The position numbers and the translations under genes were made by a program. Under the pieces are notes generated by a model. The model was not told where the DNA came from, did no database searches, and saw only the letters and a list, made by a program, of their open reading frames with translations. Positions 25,298-39,379 of a stretch of 64,000 nucleotides of DNA are shown piece after piece. The DNA lies in the NCBI RefSeq assembly GCF_963921235.1, contig NC_086099.1, forward strand, positions 59,086,001 through 59,150,000, in the 5' to 3' direction. Source of the stretch: Mobula hypostoma. Its lineage: Eukaryota. The number at the start of each line of letters is the position of its first letter. Within the stretch, counting starts at the first letter, position 1.

Positions 25298-26449
25298 ATT
25301 TTTCCTCATATTACTTGCAAACCTGATTTTGACATGGTGGAATTTAATCTGGAAGAACTCTCCTTAAGGCTTGTACCTTTCTACTGGGAAGAACTCCCAA
25401 GGCAAGCTTGTTCTTTTCATCAAAAAAAGTTCAACCCTGAACAAATAGTGCTCACTAATGGCTGCATAACATGGCCAAATTATGTCTCTCAAGATGCTGC
25501 ACAGAAAACTAGTCACAGAGGCTTATAAAACTGTGACATTAATTGCATGGTCTTGTATTCTGGCGTTCAAGATCAATGCTGACATTCATTACTCTTAGCT
25601 ATTCTTTTTATCCTTGCCCACTTGACTTAATTACCTCTTTTCAGAGTTATTTAAATCTTGCTGCTGTTCTTCCTATCTTATCAGGTGCTTTAAACTCAGA
25701 ATTGATTATCTCACTCTGCCTCATGTTTAGTTCCAACAGCTAGAATTTCTTCTTTCACAATTACTATCCCTTTGAACCAACAAAATTTATTTCTTGGCAA
25801 ACTTGTATAAGCATCTTCATTTGATCAACAACATCACTAATTAATATGGTAAAACACCAACGCCCCAATACAGTTTCCTTTCTTTCTTGAAAAGTTTCAA
25901 ACTGCTTAACTACTTAGGTAATTTTGAGATAAAGCGCAAACAAGCCTTTCGGCCCAACAAGCTATACGACCCAGCAACTCACTTACTTAATCCAAGCTTA
26001 ATTACAGGGCAATGTACGCTGACCAATTATCCTACTAACCAGTATGTATTTAAAATGCGAGAGAAAACTATCAAGAGGAAAGCCTCGCTTATACAGGGGG
26101 TGGACGTACAAACTTCTTGCAGATGCCAGAACTTAACCCAAACTCCGATGCCCTGAGCTGCAATAACATCAGCAGCTATGCTATTGTGGCAGCAGACTTT
26201 CGAAGAGCAAACTCTTCGAAGTAAACACAAAGCCACCCAACACAAAAAATTTCTATCTTTGCTTCAAACGAATATTACAACGTAGTTGAACTACTCATCA
26301 ACAAGACACAGCAAATTCATTTTAACTCATATTTTGCTTTGATTAGATTAGATAAGACAGAATCAGCAACCGAAATGAAACATCTTTTCACTCAGTTAAG
26401 GGAAAGGAAAAATTGCAGATGCCAATGATCTGAAACAGGTGGAAATTAA

Positions 26450-28680
26450 AATCAAAGAGCAATACAGAATGGACACAGACCTTTTAGCACAACCAGTCCA
26501 TGTAGTTCACCCAACTAGCCCAAGTTCCCTCTAATCAGTCAGTGTCCCTCTCAGCCTTGGCCCTGTGTGTACCTATCCAAGTTCTCCTTAAATGATACAA
26601 TTTCATCTGCCTCACCCACTTCCTCTGTCAACTCGATCCATATACTCAGCACAGAAAAAGTTGCCTCTCAAGTGCCTTTTAAATTTTTCCCCTCTCACCC
26701 TTAATCTATGCTCTCTTGGTTTTGGAATACCTTACCCTGGATAAAAGACTACTACCATCCACTTTATCTAAGCCCCTCATGAACTGTTGAGAATTACTTT
26801 CCACACAAAAAGACATGCAGACTCCTCCTAAGCAGACTCCCTATCCAAATTCTGTCCATCAGAATTCCCTACAATGACTTCCCACTACTGACATCACACT
26901 GACCAATCTGTAGATTCCTGGCTTGTCTTTGCTACCCTTAAATAACAGTGACACACCAGCCACCTTCCAGTCTTTAGTAACTTCTCTACTGGCCAACAAT
27001 GCAATTTCTCTGCAATTTCTTCTCTAGCTTCCCAGCAAGTCTGAGGATGCACTGGGGAGTTAACCTGCTGTAGGGTTGCAAACAACTCCTCTTTGGTATT
27101 GTGAGTGTCCTTCAAAACATCTTATTTTCCTTAACTCTGGAGCTACCATAGTTTCCTCCTCAGTAAACACATTGGAGAAATATCCACTAAAAATCCCACC
27201 AATTTCCTGCAGCTCAAGACATAGAAATGTAGGCTCCGTACTAATCTCCAAGGGGACCTACAATCTCCCTAGCCATCGTTTTTTTACACTTAATATAGCT
27301 ATAGAATCTCGTGACCTTCATTATCCTTACCGGTCAGGTCCATCTCATGCCCTCTCTTTGCCTTCCCAATTTTCCTCAAGAGTATTCTTAATCTTTTTAT
27401 AGTCATCCAGTGATCCACTCATCCCTGACCTCCAAAACCAAAACAATGTTTCCCCCTTTTTCTTGACCAGAGCCTCAGTATTTCTCATTAGCCAAGGTTC
27501 CCTAAACTTGCCAGGTTTACCATTCATTCTAACAGAAACATGCCGCTACTGGGCTCTTGGTATAACACTCTTAAAAGCTTCCCACCTTTTCCCTTCAAAT
27601 ATGTTCACTCAATTGACGTCTGCTAGCCCCCACTTCATTCCCTCAAAATTAGCCTTGCTCTAGTTTACGGCCCTAAATTGTGAACCTACTCTCTCTTTTT
27701 CCATCAGTATCTTAAAACGAGTAGAACTACAGTCAATAGAGGCAAAGAGATCTCTAAATGCCACTTCTGTTACATGACCCCATTTCATTCCTTAACAGGA
27801 AGTACAGTTCTGCACTCTCGCAAGTAAGGCCCTCTATGAACAACTTCTCTACATATCTGCTCAAGTTCCCACTGTCTACTGGGGTGGGTCTATAAATGCT
27901 GCGCTACCAGAGTGACCCTCCCCTGATTATTTCTAAGCTCTATCCATATGGTCTCCCTCCAAGAATACCATCTAAGTAATACTGCTATGTCCTTCCTTAT
28001 CTTAAAGCCAACACCCCCTTCTTACTTAACTGTTTCTTTACTACGCCTGTAGTAACTGTATCCTGAAATAATGAGCTACCAGTCCAGCTCTCCTTTCAGT
28101 CATGTTTGCTGTGGTTATAACATTCCAGTTCTCAGAGCCAATCTATGCTCTGAGTGTATCTGCCTTATCCGTCAAGCCTCGTGCATTGAAATAAACACAG
28201 TTTAACTGGGTATTCCTTTCCTTCCCTTTACTGTGCCCCTGGATATGCTGATTACTATAGCTTTATCGCACAACCTGCTCCTGCTCAGAGTCCCATCCCC
28301 CTGCCAATTTAGTTTAAACTCCCCCATGTAGCATTAGACAATTTTCTGGGAAGACAGCAGCCCCTCTGTTCAAATGTCACTTTTTCCCTCTTGTACAGGT
28401 CACCTCTACTCTAGTAGGGATCCCAGTGGTCCAAGAACTGAATCCCTGCCCCCTACACCAGCTTCTCAACCTCAAATTCATCTGGCCTATTTTCCTATTT
28501 CTAAGCTCATGAGCACATGGATCTAGGTGTAATCTGGAGATCATCACCCTCGAGGTCCTGCTTCTTACCTTACACCCTATGCTCATTCTGCAGAACCTCA
28601 TTCGTTTTTGATGTTGTTTATAACAACATGTACCCTGACCTCTGGTCATTTGCCCTTCCAATTGAGACTTCTCTGTAGTG
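26450..28680 (-). mobile_element. Old CR1 LINE remnant
   Basis: Degenerate ORF1 esterase, ORF2 and 3' UTR segments on the minus strand (LRSWCRGQGF; YFSNVFTEE). Confidence 0.7.
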
Positions 28681-28756
28681 AATTGGTGTGAAAGCTTGTG
28701 TCAAATTTCAGCAAGTCAGGCAGCATCTGCACAGAAAGAAAACAGCTAAAAGGCGG

Positions 28757-31632
28757 AAGGATGGGTGAGTAAGTTTGCGGATGACACGAAGATTGGAGGA
28801 GTTGTGGATGGAGCTGTAGGTTGTCGAAGGCTATAAGAGGATATAGACAGGATGCAGAGTTGGACAGGGAAGCAGCAGATGGAGTTCAATCTGGATAAGT
28901 GTGAGGTGATGCATTTTGAAAGGACAAACCAGAAGGCTGAGTACAGGGTTAATGGTCGGTTACTTAAGAGTGTGGATGAACAGAGGGACCTTGGGGTTCA
29001 AATCCATACAAACTTCAAGGTCGCTGCACAGGTTGATAGGACAGTTAAGAAGGCCTATGTGATGCTAGGCTTCATTAATAGGGGGGATTGAGTTCAAGAG
29101 TAGAGAGGTCATGTTGCAACTCTACAAATCTCTGGTGAGACCACACTTAGACAATAGACAATAGGTGCAGGAGTAGGCCATTTGGCCTTTCGAGCCAGCA
29201 CCGCCACTCCACCATGAGCTAAACTATTCTCCCATCTAGTTCCAATTTCTGGCTTTTTCCCCATATCCCTTGATACCCTGACTAATTAGATACCTATCAA
29301 TCTCCTCCTTAAAGACCCTCAATGATCGGGCCTCCACAGCTGTATGCGGCAACGAACTCCATAAATCCACGCCCCTCTGGCTAAGAAAAATTCTCCTCGA
29401 CTCTGTTTTAAACGGGTACCCTCTAATTCTAAGACTGTGGCCTCTTGTCCTGGACTAACCCACCAAGGGAAACAGCCTTTTCACATCTACTCTGTCCAAC
29501 CCTTTCAACATTCGAAATGTTTCTATGAAATCACCTCTCATTCTTCTATACTCTAATGAATACAGTCCAAGAGCTGAAAAACGCACCTCATATGTTAGCC
29601 ATTGCATTCCAGGAATCATCCTCGTAAATCTTCTCTGAACTCTCTCCAACATCAGTACATCCCTTCTCAGATAGGGGGCCCAAGACTACACACAGTATTC
29701 CAGATGAGGTCTCACCAGTGCCCCATAGAGCTTCATCAACACCTCCTTACTCTTATACACTATTCCTCTTGAAATAAATGCCAACATAGCATTTGCTTTC
29801 CTTACTGCTGATCTAACCTGGTGGTTAACCTTTAGGGTATCCTGCACAAGGACCCCCAAGTCCCTTTGCACTTCCAATTTTTGAATTTTCTCCCCATCCA
29901 AATAATAATCTGCCTGATTATTTCTTCTTCCAAAATGTACAACCGTACATTTCTCAACATTGTATCTCATCTGCCATTTGTTTGCCCACTCTCCTAAATT
30001 GGCCAAGTCTCTCCGCAACCTTTCCGTTTCTTCAACACTTCCTGCTCCTCCACCTATCTCGGTGTCATCCGCAAACATAACCACAGAACCATTTAATCCA
30101 TAATCTAAATCATCGATATACATTGTAAAAAGAAGCGGCCCCAACAGCGACCCCTGCGGAACACCACTAGTAACCAGCAACCAATCAGAATAGGATCCCT
30201 TTATTCCCACCCTTTGCTTTCTGCCTATCAGCCAATGCTCCACCCATTCCAATATCTTTTCTGTAATTCCATGGGCTCTCATCTTATTAAGCAGCCTCTT
30301 ATGCAACACCTTATCCAAGGCCTTTTGAAAATCCGACTACACAACATCAACAGCCTCTCCCTTGTCAACCTTATTTGAGATTACCTCAAAAAATTCCAAT
30401 AGGCTGGTGAGGCAGGATCTTCCCTTCACGAAACCATGCTAGCTTGGGCCTATCTTGTCATGCACCTCGAGGTATTTCATAACCTCGTCCTTGAGGATCG
30501 ACTCCAATAACTTTCCAACTACCGATGTCAGACTAATAGGTCTGTAATTTTCTTTTTGCTGCCTCCCTCCTTTCTTAAACAGCAGAACTACATTTGCGAC
30601 CTTCCAGTCCTCCAGAACCATGCCAGAGTCTACTGATTCCTGGAAGATCATTTCCAATGCCTACACAATCTCCAAAGCCTCCTCCTTCAGAACCCGTGGG
30701 TGCACCTCATCCAGTCCAGGAGACTTATCTATTCTTAGTCCATTTAGCTTCCCAAGCACTTTCTCTCTAGTAATCTTGACTGTACCTAATTCTATTCCCT
30801 GAGACCTCTGGCTATCAGGTATGTTGCTAATGTCTTACGTATTGTAAGACAAAAGTAAGCTTAATGTTGCTAAGCTTACTTTTCCAATCGACTTGGGCCA
30901 GTTCCTCTCTCATACTACTGTAATTTCCTTTGTTCCACTGAAATATCGATACATCGGATACCAGCTTCTCCTTTTCAAATTTGAAACTGAACTCAATTAT
31001 ATTATGATCACTACTTCCAAGGGGTTCCATTACCTCCAGCTCCCTAATCGCCTCAGGTTCGTTACACAGCACCCAATCCAAAACAACCGGTCCCCTGGTG
31101 GGCTTAAGAGTATTGTGTTCAGTTCTGGTTACCTCATTATAGGAAGGAAGTGGAAGCTATGGAGAGGGTGCAGAGGAGATTTACCAGGATGTTGCCTGGA
31201 TTGGGAAAAAAAGTCTTATGAGGCAAGGTCAGCAGAGCTGGAACTTATCTCTTTGGAGCGTAGAAGGATGAGAGGGGACTTGATAGAGGTCTACAAGATT
31301 ATGAGAGGCATAAATAGGGTGGATAGCCAGTACCTGCTTCCCAGGGCACGAACAGCTAACACCAGAGGGCATATGTACAAAGTTAAGGGAGGGAAGTTTA
31401 GGGAAGACATTAGGGGTAAGATTTTTTTTACACAGAGGGCTATGGGTGCCTGGAATGACTTACCAGGGATGGTAGTGGAGGCTAAAACATTAGGGGTATT
31501 TAAGAGCCTCTTGGACAGGCACATGGATGAAAGAAAAATAGAGGGTTATGGGGTAGTGTGGGTTTAGTATGTTTTTTTAAGGAATATATGGGTCGGCACA
31601 AAATCGAGGGCCGAAGGGCCTGTACTGTGCTG
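28757..31632 (+). mobile_element. CR1 3' fragment in two parts (28757-29150 and 31108-31632), split by an antisense CR1
   Basis: ...GACCACACTTAG and AGTATTGTGTTCAGTTCTGG... rejoin to RPHLEYCVQFW. Confidence 0.85.
29151..31107 (-). mobile_element. Young CR1 LINE with internal deletion, nested in another CR1
   Basis: ORFs 29686-30318, 30439-30657 and 30827-31081 are CR1 ORF2; TATTGTC-type tail at 29151. Confidence 0.9.
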
Positions 31633-34241
31633 TAGTATTCTAGTGTCTCATGTCTTTTACAAAAACTAGGAATTGTTAGAAATCAAACATGTTTAAATTG
31701 CACAGAAGGATGAAGCTTGGAGAGAACAAAGATAACATTGTGATACAGTGGTGACCAAGAACCAGTTAAGTATTCTTCAGTTTATTTAAGTTGGCACTAC
31801 CTCTTGTGCCAATTTTTCTTAATCTTCATCCTATCACAGACATTCCCTTTGTTCCTCCTATCTAGTCCCCTTCTCTGCAATGTTTGAGTTTTAGAAATAA
31901 CATCAGTCTGAAATGTTTCTCTATCCACATTTCCAGCTCAAACAGCTGAGTATTTACAACATTTCCTGTTTTTATCATCTTCTCATTTGACAGCAACAGT
32001 GTCTTTTTGGGTTATTGGCTAGTAACCACTGTACCGATATGGCTCAATTCTTTCCTTCCCCTCCATTTGATGTGTATCACTTCACTGACCTCTTATTCTG
32101 CTTGGCCAATACTCTATGCGAACACATAACCCCCAATACTATAAGCTCTTAGCTTTTGCAGTGACGTCCAATGACACGTTATCAAAAATCTTTGAAAACT
32201 ACAATTACACATCTCCAGATTTCCCTTTTTCCACTTTACTCATTATATCCTCAAAGGAATCTAATAAACTAATCAAATGTGATTACCATTTGTGGGTTTT
32301 CAACTGCTAAAACCTTGGTAAAATCTGGAATATTTTGCAAGATCCCATGATCTAATATAAAACTTTAGACAGCAAGCAATTAGTTCGATGGGACTTGTCA
32401 ACCTGTAATACCATTAATTTACACCGCACTTGTGTGATTTATTTAGGTTCCTCCTCTGTTTTCCATTGTATTTTTGACTGTCATTGCAATTGTCAAGGTT
32501 TCAACCATGAAAGGTGCAAAAACAGTCTCTATGATATTCTACCATTTCCTTATTTTTCTATCATTAATTCCTCAAAATTTTCACCTCAAGGGAACAACAC
32601 TTACTCACTTTTTGTATACTTATCAAATTGCTCACTGCATGCTTTCATAATTCTTGCCAGATTATGCTTGTAATCTATTGTCTCCCTTTTTACTGGGTTT
32701 CTAATCTTTCCCACACTCTGGCCTTCCACTAATTTTTGTCACAGCATTTCAATGTGAAATTATCCTAGTTTCCTTGGTTTGCCTTGTAGAGTCTTTATTT
32801 CTTGAAAGACTACAAATTTATTGCTATGTAATTCCTTAAACATATGTCACTGCTGTCTATAATTTCACTCAAATCCATGTCAGTCAACCGTACCTTCATA
32901 TATTTCTCAAAATCTTCAATTTAAAATACTTGTTTCAGATTTAAGTTTTGTATTCTCAAAAGAATGTCAAGTTCTGTTATATGATCATTCTCCCCAAGAA
33001 TCCTGTATTACAAAATTATTAATTGATCATCTCTCAATCTAAGACAGTGTTGTTCCCTGTTATTCCATAATGAGCAATACACACACCATCTCTTGTATAT
33101 GTGATTCCATAATGCTTGGTTCCAAGAGACTACACAGGATGTATTATACTTGAAGGTTACTTTTCTCAGTCGATAACAAGATTAAAATCACCCACAATTA
33201 GCTTGCTTGCATGTCTCCCCCCACCCCTTTTTTTGGCTTCATGTTGTCCTACACATAGTTACTGTTAGGTGGCTTACAATTTCTTATCAGCATCTTATTA
33301 TCCATCTAACTATTCCACTAAAATATTAAGTATTCTAGTCCATCTTAATCAATTTTCAACATTTCCATAGTGGCTAACAATTCATACCAATTTACATCTA
33401 TCTGAGCCATCAATTCATCTGTCTTGTTGTGAATGCCACATGCATTTAGATATAGACTTTTCATCACTTTACTCTACCCTTTCTCTATTTCTAGGTGTAC
33501 TCTTTTATGCTTCTATAATTTGTCGTACCCATTACACTCCTGTATCATTGCTTTTCCATGTCTCTGTAATTAGAACACACACTCTATCATTCGCCCACCA
33601 TAGCTCCCCCTTTTAATTACAAACAATTTACGTTAAGAGTCATAGTTCTTAGGCACAACTCTTCTTATGCACAACTCATCTTATGCTGTCCTGAGCTGGT
33701 CTCAGTTACCTGTACAGTATTTGGTCCATATCCCTCGAGACCGTCACTGTAATGTTGATTAATTTTATCATATGCAAACCACGCATACACTCTCCATTTC
33801 TACTTCTAGACTATTCCAAAACAGTGCTAAATAACCACCTTCATTCTAATCTCTTGCAGTAATTATTATTGCTCAACTTTGCTTAGTAATATTCCACTGG
33901 AGCGTTCTGAGCCGTCAAGCTAAAATTAAAACTGATATCTGAATGAACATGCAAGGTGCCGGTATATCCATAAAGGCCTAACCAGTCAATGAAGAGGAAC
34001 TAGTGTCTCACTGTATTTAACATGTAAAGCAGATATCAAACAACATTGCCCGGTTGCATCTTATTATCACATTAAGGTACTGAGGTTTAGGCTCGGCCAT
34101 ATCAGACAAATAACACTTCCAACCATCTAGTCACACAGCCCCCGCCCCGTGGTCCCTGAGCCAACAGGAGTATAGGCCAAACCTGCTTTTATCAAATACC
34201 ACCCCCGACCTCATACCCCCGCTTCCCAATCCCAGACTCAC

Positions 34242-34400
34242 CTTCATTCAGCGTCCAAAGCTCCGAGGATCAGACAAATTTCATCAACAGCAACTCATCT
34301 CGGGTCAACAATATCCGTCAGTTCCGGCCATCGCCATTCGCCCGCCCGCCCTTTCCTGCCTCCGTGCCTGCCTGCCTGCCTGCCGTGTGACTACTTGGAA
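34242..34400 (-). promoter_or_regulatory. EXOC1: Candidate EXOC1 promoter and non-coding exon 1
   Basis: Local CpG/GC-rich patch between EXOC1L and the EXOC1 coding exons. Strong minus-strand donor AAG|GTGAGT at 34242|34241; ETS-like CCGGAA, TGACG and YY1-like AATGGCG motifs near 34315-34340. TSS not determinable. Confidence 0.65.
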
Positions 34401-34859
34401 GATGCCATGATTGAGACTGTCTGATCTCATCAGCTCATAAAAGATTTACGATTCGATATTTGTTTATTGTCATTCGTCGGTACACAAGTGTAAAAGAGAA
34501 CGAAATGTTTGTTACCCCGGATCCGTGGCAGCATAAATATAAATACATAAGATTAGTTTATGTGCATAGACAGTATTGTACTTAAAAGTAACGCAAGGCA
34601 CTGTACATAAGGGGACTGACAAGAAATAATAAAGTAGTGGTGGATAATGGGTGGAGGTTTTGATCAGGCTGACGGCTTGGAGGAAATAACAGTTTTTCAG
34701 CCTGCGTAGCCTCTTCCCTGATGAGAGTTGGAGAAACAAGACCATGAGCAGGACTGGTGGGATCCTTAATGATATTGCTGACCTTTTTCCGGCATCTTTC
34801 CGGATTCTCACTAATCGGGGCCCCCTCTTATTTGAGGCAATTCAAACAAACACTAATAA

Positions 34860-35852
34860 CAAAAGTAGCCGTGATTCATTTCTTTATTTGGGATGCTATG
34901 CAGCCTAAAGGGGCCAGAAGACTGTTGTTGAACAATTTTTAACTAGTGTCATTCGCGTTACTACACTACACCATTCTTAGAGCAGTTTTTAAATATCATC
35001 CGTCGTGTTTGTTTCTGTTCAAAAAGAGGTGATTGTTGTCACTGATAGTTAGCAAGAAATAAGCAGTAAAACAATTCAGAACTGTTCTCTGCGGTTTCAA
35101 GTTTGGAGTTGCCAGAAAAAGCCGGGAGTGAAAATGAAACGATTTCACTACTTCAACAAACCACACGGGAAGAGAGATAAGAGGCGGGCCGGTTCAGCTC
35201 GCTGCTATATGACATTTACTCGGTTCTGCGCTGTGGACAGACTTTCTTTCATAGACCTCAGTTCTAAACGCTATTTGCTTGTTTTTATTGTTTGCATGAT
35301 TTTTTTTTTCTCGGCACATTAGGTGTTTGACTGCTCTTTTTAAAATTCGTTTGTGTTTCTTTGTATTGCGGTGACCTCTACGGAGACAAATCTCAAGGTT
35401 GTATAACGTACACATATTTTGATCATGTACTTTGAACTTAATTATGTAATCTGTACCCAGTTAAACGGTAGTTTTGTCTTTTTGTATACATTTTTAACTA
35501 TTTTCATGAACTTTGGCTAATTGGAGCAGCCGCTGTATTGCTCCTGACAGATAGATAAATAGATACAACCAACATACATCAAAGTTGCTGGTGAACGCAG
35601 CAGGCCAAGCAGCATCTATAGGAAGAGGCGCAGTCGATGTTTCAGGCCGAGACCCTTCGTCAGGACTAACTGAATAGATAGATACTTTATTGATGCCAAA
35701 GGAATTTACAGAGTCACGGTAGCGTTGCAAGTGCACAGATACACAAATATTAGAAGAGAGGTAAGAAAGAATTAAAAAAAAACAAGTTATCTCAAACAAC
35801 CTAACAGGAGACGGTCATCACTGATGTTTCCTAATTAACCAGAATTCACTGA
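34860..35852. mobile_element. Tigger/pogo-like non-autonomous element fragments with nested repeats
   Basis: Shares sequence with 48895-49430; end AATTAACCAGAATTCACTG resembles a CAGT-type TIR. Confidence 0.5.
35632..35667 (-). ncRNA. Minimal hammerhead motif in the Penelope repeat at 35569-35672
   Basis: AGTC-CTGACGA-AGGGTCTCGGCCT-GAAA-C-ATC-GACT; core intact, stem III mismatched. Confidence 0.55.
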
Positions 35853-36499
35853 TGGTGAGTTGGCTGGTGGCGGTGATGTGTTGGACATTTTTAACTACCC
35901 GTTGCTACTGACTTTCAGTAGCAGAGGCAGAATCCACTCGACGTCTTTATCCCTGGAATATCAGGATTTTAATACAACATTTGACAGATTTTGTTATTCA
36001 TTTTGTTTTGTTATCATTACAGAGATAATTAAGTTGAAGGAGACTATCCCATCTATCACCTTCTTTAAAATAGTGGACAATGTGTCTTGAAAATTTAAAA
36101 AAAAACTGAAGATGCTGGAAATACTCAGCATCTGAGGAAGGAGACAATGTATCAAATTAAAGCTTCTTCTTCAGTGTTTGCCCACATTACTCTAGTCCCG
36201 TGAACACGTGTATTTATTATCCGTAAGAACAATAAACACTGGAAGCATTCAGCAGGACAGGTAAAGAGTAGAATATAGTTAACATTTCGTGTTGATGGCC
36301 TTTCATATGAATGACAGGACAGATACTGTTTGATCAGCTGAGCATTTCCAGGATTTATTGTTTTTTATTTATGATTTCAGGCAAATGTAGATTTTTGCTT
36401 TTCAACCTGTGTTCATTAGTCTTAATGATAGATCTTGTTCTTTTCTCCAAAGCTCTCAAGTCCTAGATGCAATCTTAATCATGCCTGCTTCTTAACTTG

Positions 36500-36910
36500 G
36501 ATTGTAGGAGATCATAGTCGATCATTGGTTCCTTTGAGCATAGGAGAATGAGGTGTGACCTCATTGAAGTTTATACGATCATGAGGCGTATGAATAAGGT
36601 GGATGGTCATAGTCTTTCCCCAGGGTTGGGGAGTCCAAAACAAAAGGACACAGATAAAAGAGGAGAGATTTGAAAGAGACCTGAGAGGTAACTTTTTTAC
36701 CCAGAGGATAGTGAGTACCTGAAATGAGTTTCCGGTGGAAGTGGTCAAGACAGGTACAATCGCAACATTTTAGAGGCAGTAGAATGGGAACATGGAGGGG
36801 AAGGGCTTGGGGAATTATGGGCTGAATGTGGACAACGAGACTAGTAGGGAGGATGTCTTTGGTTAGGATGGGTAATTTGGGCCAAAAGGCCTGTTTGAAT
36901 GCCACATTAC
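36500..36910 (+). mobile_element. CR1 3' end fragment
   Basis: RRMRxDLIEVY motif and TTTTTTACCCAGAG 3' region. Confidence 0.7.
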
Positions 36911-37589
36911 TCAACGAATGAATATTTATCTCTTCATGGCAGTTAATGCTTCACTGTTTTAATTTTTTTTTACTTTTTCAAACCCAATGGACAGGCTTAA
37001 GTTTCTTGAACTTATTTCTTCATAGATTTCATTAATTTTGTGAAACAGAATTACTTTTGTTTATGGAAAATATCAACAGACTGCCAGGAAATTAACTCCA
37101 AATCAAAAGCTGAGATTCTATATTACAAGTCATACCTTTTTCATCTAACCTTTCACAGGGAGTTTACCACCCAAAATTATATTTTTTAAAACTTGTTTTA
37201 TTTTGTTCATTCCCAAAAATATCATAATAATTAATGCAGCAAATAATTGTGTGGCATAAACTTTTAATTCTAGGTCAAACCATTTATGAAAAGAAATGAT
37301 AATTTTTTTGAAACAGCAAAAATGAGCATGTGAGATTATAAAGAGACAAAAATTTACTGTGGGACATTTCCTGTTTCTAACTATAGAGGAAATTTATTTT
37401 GTGTTAAAAAGCATATTCTGGATGAAGTAAAAATGAGATTATGTTTACTGTGCTTTTCATATGAGTTATGTAGACAGTGTTAGGTAGTTCTGACCAGGAA
37501 AAATTACGCACAAAACGTGTATTTTCCTCATTTGGAAATGTATCGTCATCCTTGAATGATCACAAAATCAAAAATCAAAAATTCGACGA

Positions 37590-38050
37590 GGAATTGGAAT
37601 TGGTTTATTACTTCCACATGTACCAAGACAGAGTAAAAAAAGCTTGTCCTGCATACTGTTCATACAGATCAAATCATTACACAGTGCATTGAGGTAGAAT
37701 AAGGTAAAACAATAACGAAATAAAGAATAAAGTGTAACAGCTACAGAGATAATGCAGTGCAGGTCATGAGTAAAGTGCAAGATCATAATGAGGTAGATTA
37801 TGAGATCAAGAGTCCATCTTATTGTACTAGAGAATCATTCAATAATCCTATAACAGTAGAGTAAAGGCTGCGCTTGAGACTAATGGTATGTGCTTTCAGG
37901 CATTTGTATCTTTTGCCGGAAGGGGTAAGGGAAAAGGGGGAATATCCAGGGTGGGTGGAGTCTTTGAATATGATCTATTTTACTGAGGCTGCCAGATGCA
38001 CAAACTGAAACCATAGAAGCAAGACAGTTTTCCGTGACATGCTCACTACT
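37590..38050 (-). mobile_element. Rex1/Babar-type LINE 3' fragment
   Basis: Antisense 3' UTR ending AATAAACCAATTCCAATTCC. Confidence 0.6.
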
Positions 38051-39379
38051 CCCATCCCAAGGACAAGAGCTTGGTATTAAATCTAATCTTACTTGCAACA
38101 CGCCCATATCAACTAAAGAGAGAATGAGTGAGAGATACGAGTAATGTCTAGGGCGCTGTATTGAAACAAATGGCTGCTCAGAGTTATTCCCCCTTATTCA
38201 GAGATGCAGATTCTATCTTGATCCATGGTACATTCTTCTAGGAGGGGAATTTAAAGTGCCTTCAGAATATGGCAGTATTAGGACGACCATCATTGTAGGA
38301 AATTAACAACTGAGATCTATAATTCCAAGGACTGATATCACATTCATTACTGAGGTATTAAGATAGTTAATGATATGCTTAATTGAAATCTTTAAAGATT
38401 CAAAACACTAAGGGCCACACTGATATTTTCCACCTTCTAGATTGATAGGAAACATATGAGTCACTTATTATGTTAAGCGCTCTTTGGTAAGCAATATTGA
38501 GTTATCTAGTTTGACAAGTAAATCTAGATTGCACCATTGTATTATGAGAGAACAAAGTTATAAGCCTCAGTTCATGCAATATTGGGACTGGTTATGAGGC
38601 TATCTTAAAAGTCTATGAAAGGCAAAGCCACATAAGCTGTGAGGAAATCTGGGGCCATAACAATTAAATGCTGGAACAATGCTCCATTTACTTTGATAGA
38701 CAAATGATATGTTTATATTTTTGAAAGTTTCATTACATCAGGATATTAAATTTACAACAGCCCAGGGAGAATGCAAACTCTACACAATATTGTGGAAGCA
38801 GGTCTAATTAAATTAATCCTAGGATGACCTTGATACAGTTTGTTTTCCACATCCTTGGAAGTTTACTTTTCAAATCATTTGAAGAGTTAAATGCTGTAAC
38901 CAATGTAACTTAGGTTCTCTGTTATCAGACATGTCCAGTATATTAAATCTTTCAAAGCATGAGTTCAGTGATACGAAATTCTCAATAACACATCTAAAGG
39001 TGGTAATGGTAGTTATGGCAAAAAAGTAAACATCTTGGAAAGTTAAGTTGATTTTATTGTTTACTTCAAGACACAAAGCTGATCCTGAGTTATTCATGTT
39101 GTTGAGTAGCACAGGACTTTTGGCCAAATGCATCCATTCCAATCAAGATGCCCATCTAAGCTAGTCCCATTTGTGTGTATTTGGCCCTTATCCTTCTAGG
39201 TATTTCTTGTCCAAGTCTATTCTGTACAGTGTGGAAAGTAAACATTGCTTCCAGTTCAAAAAAATTGAATCTCTGCAGATGTAACGAAGCACCAGTAAAA
39301 TTATTCTATCATAAATCTCTGCTCAGATTCAAGAGTCAGCAAGATTTTAAATATGCAGTGCTAAATCTACTTCATAATG

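Noticed and set aside
30893-31567. 224-aa ORF
   Set aside because: Chimeric read across the junction of two nested CR1 copies.
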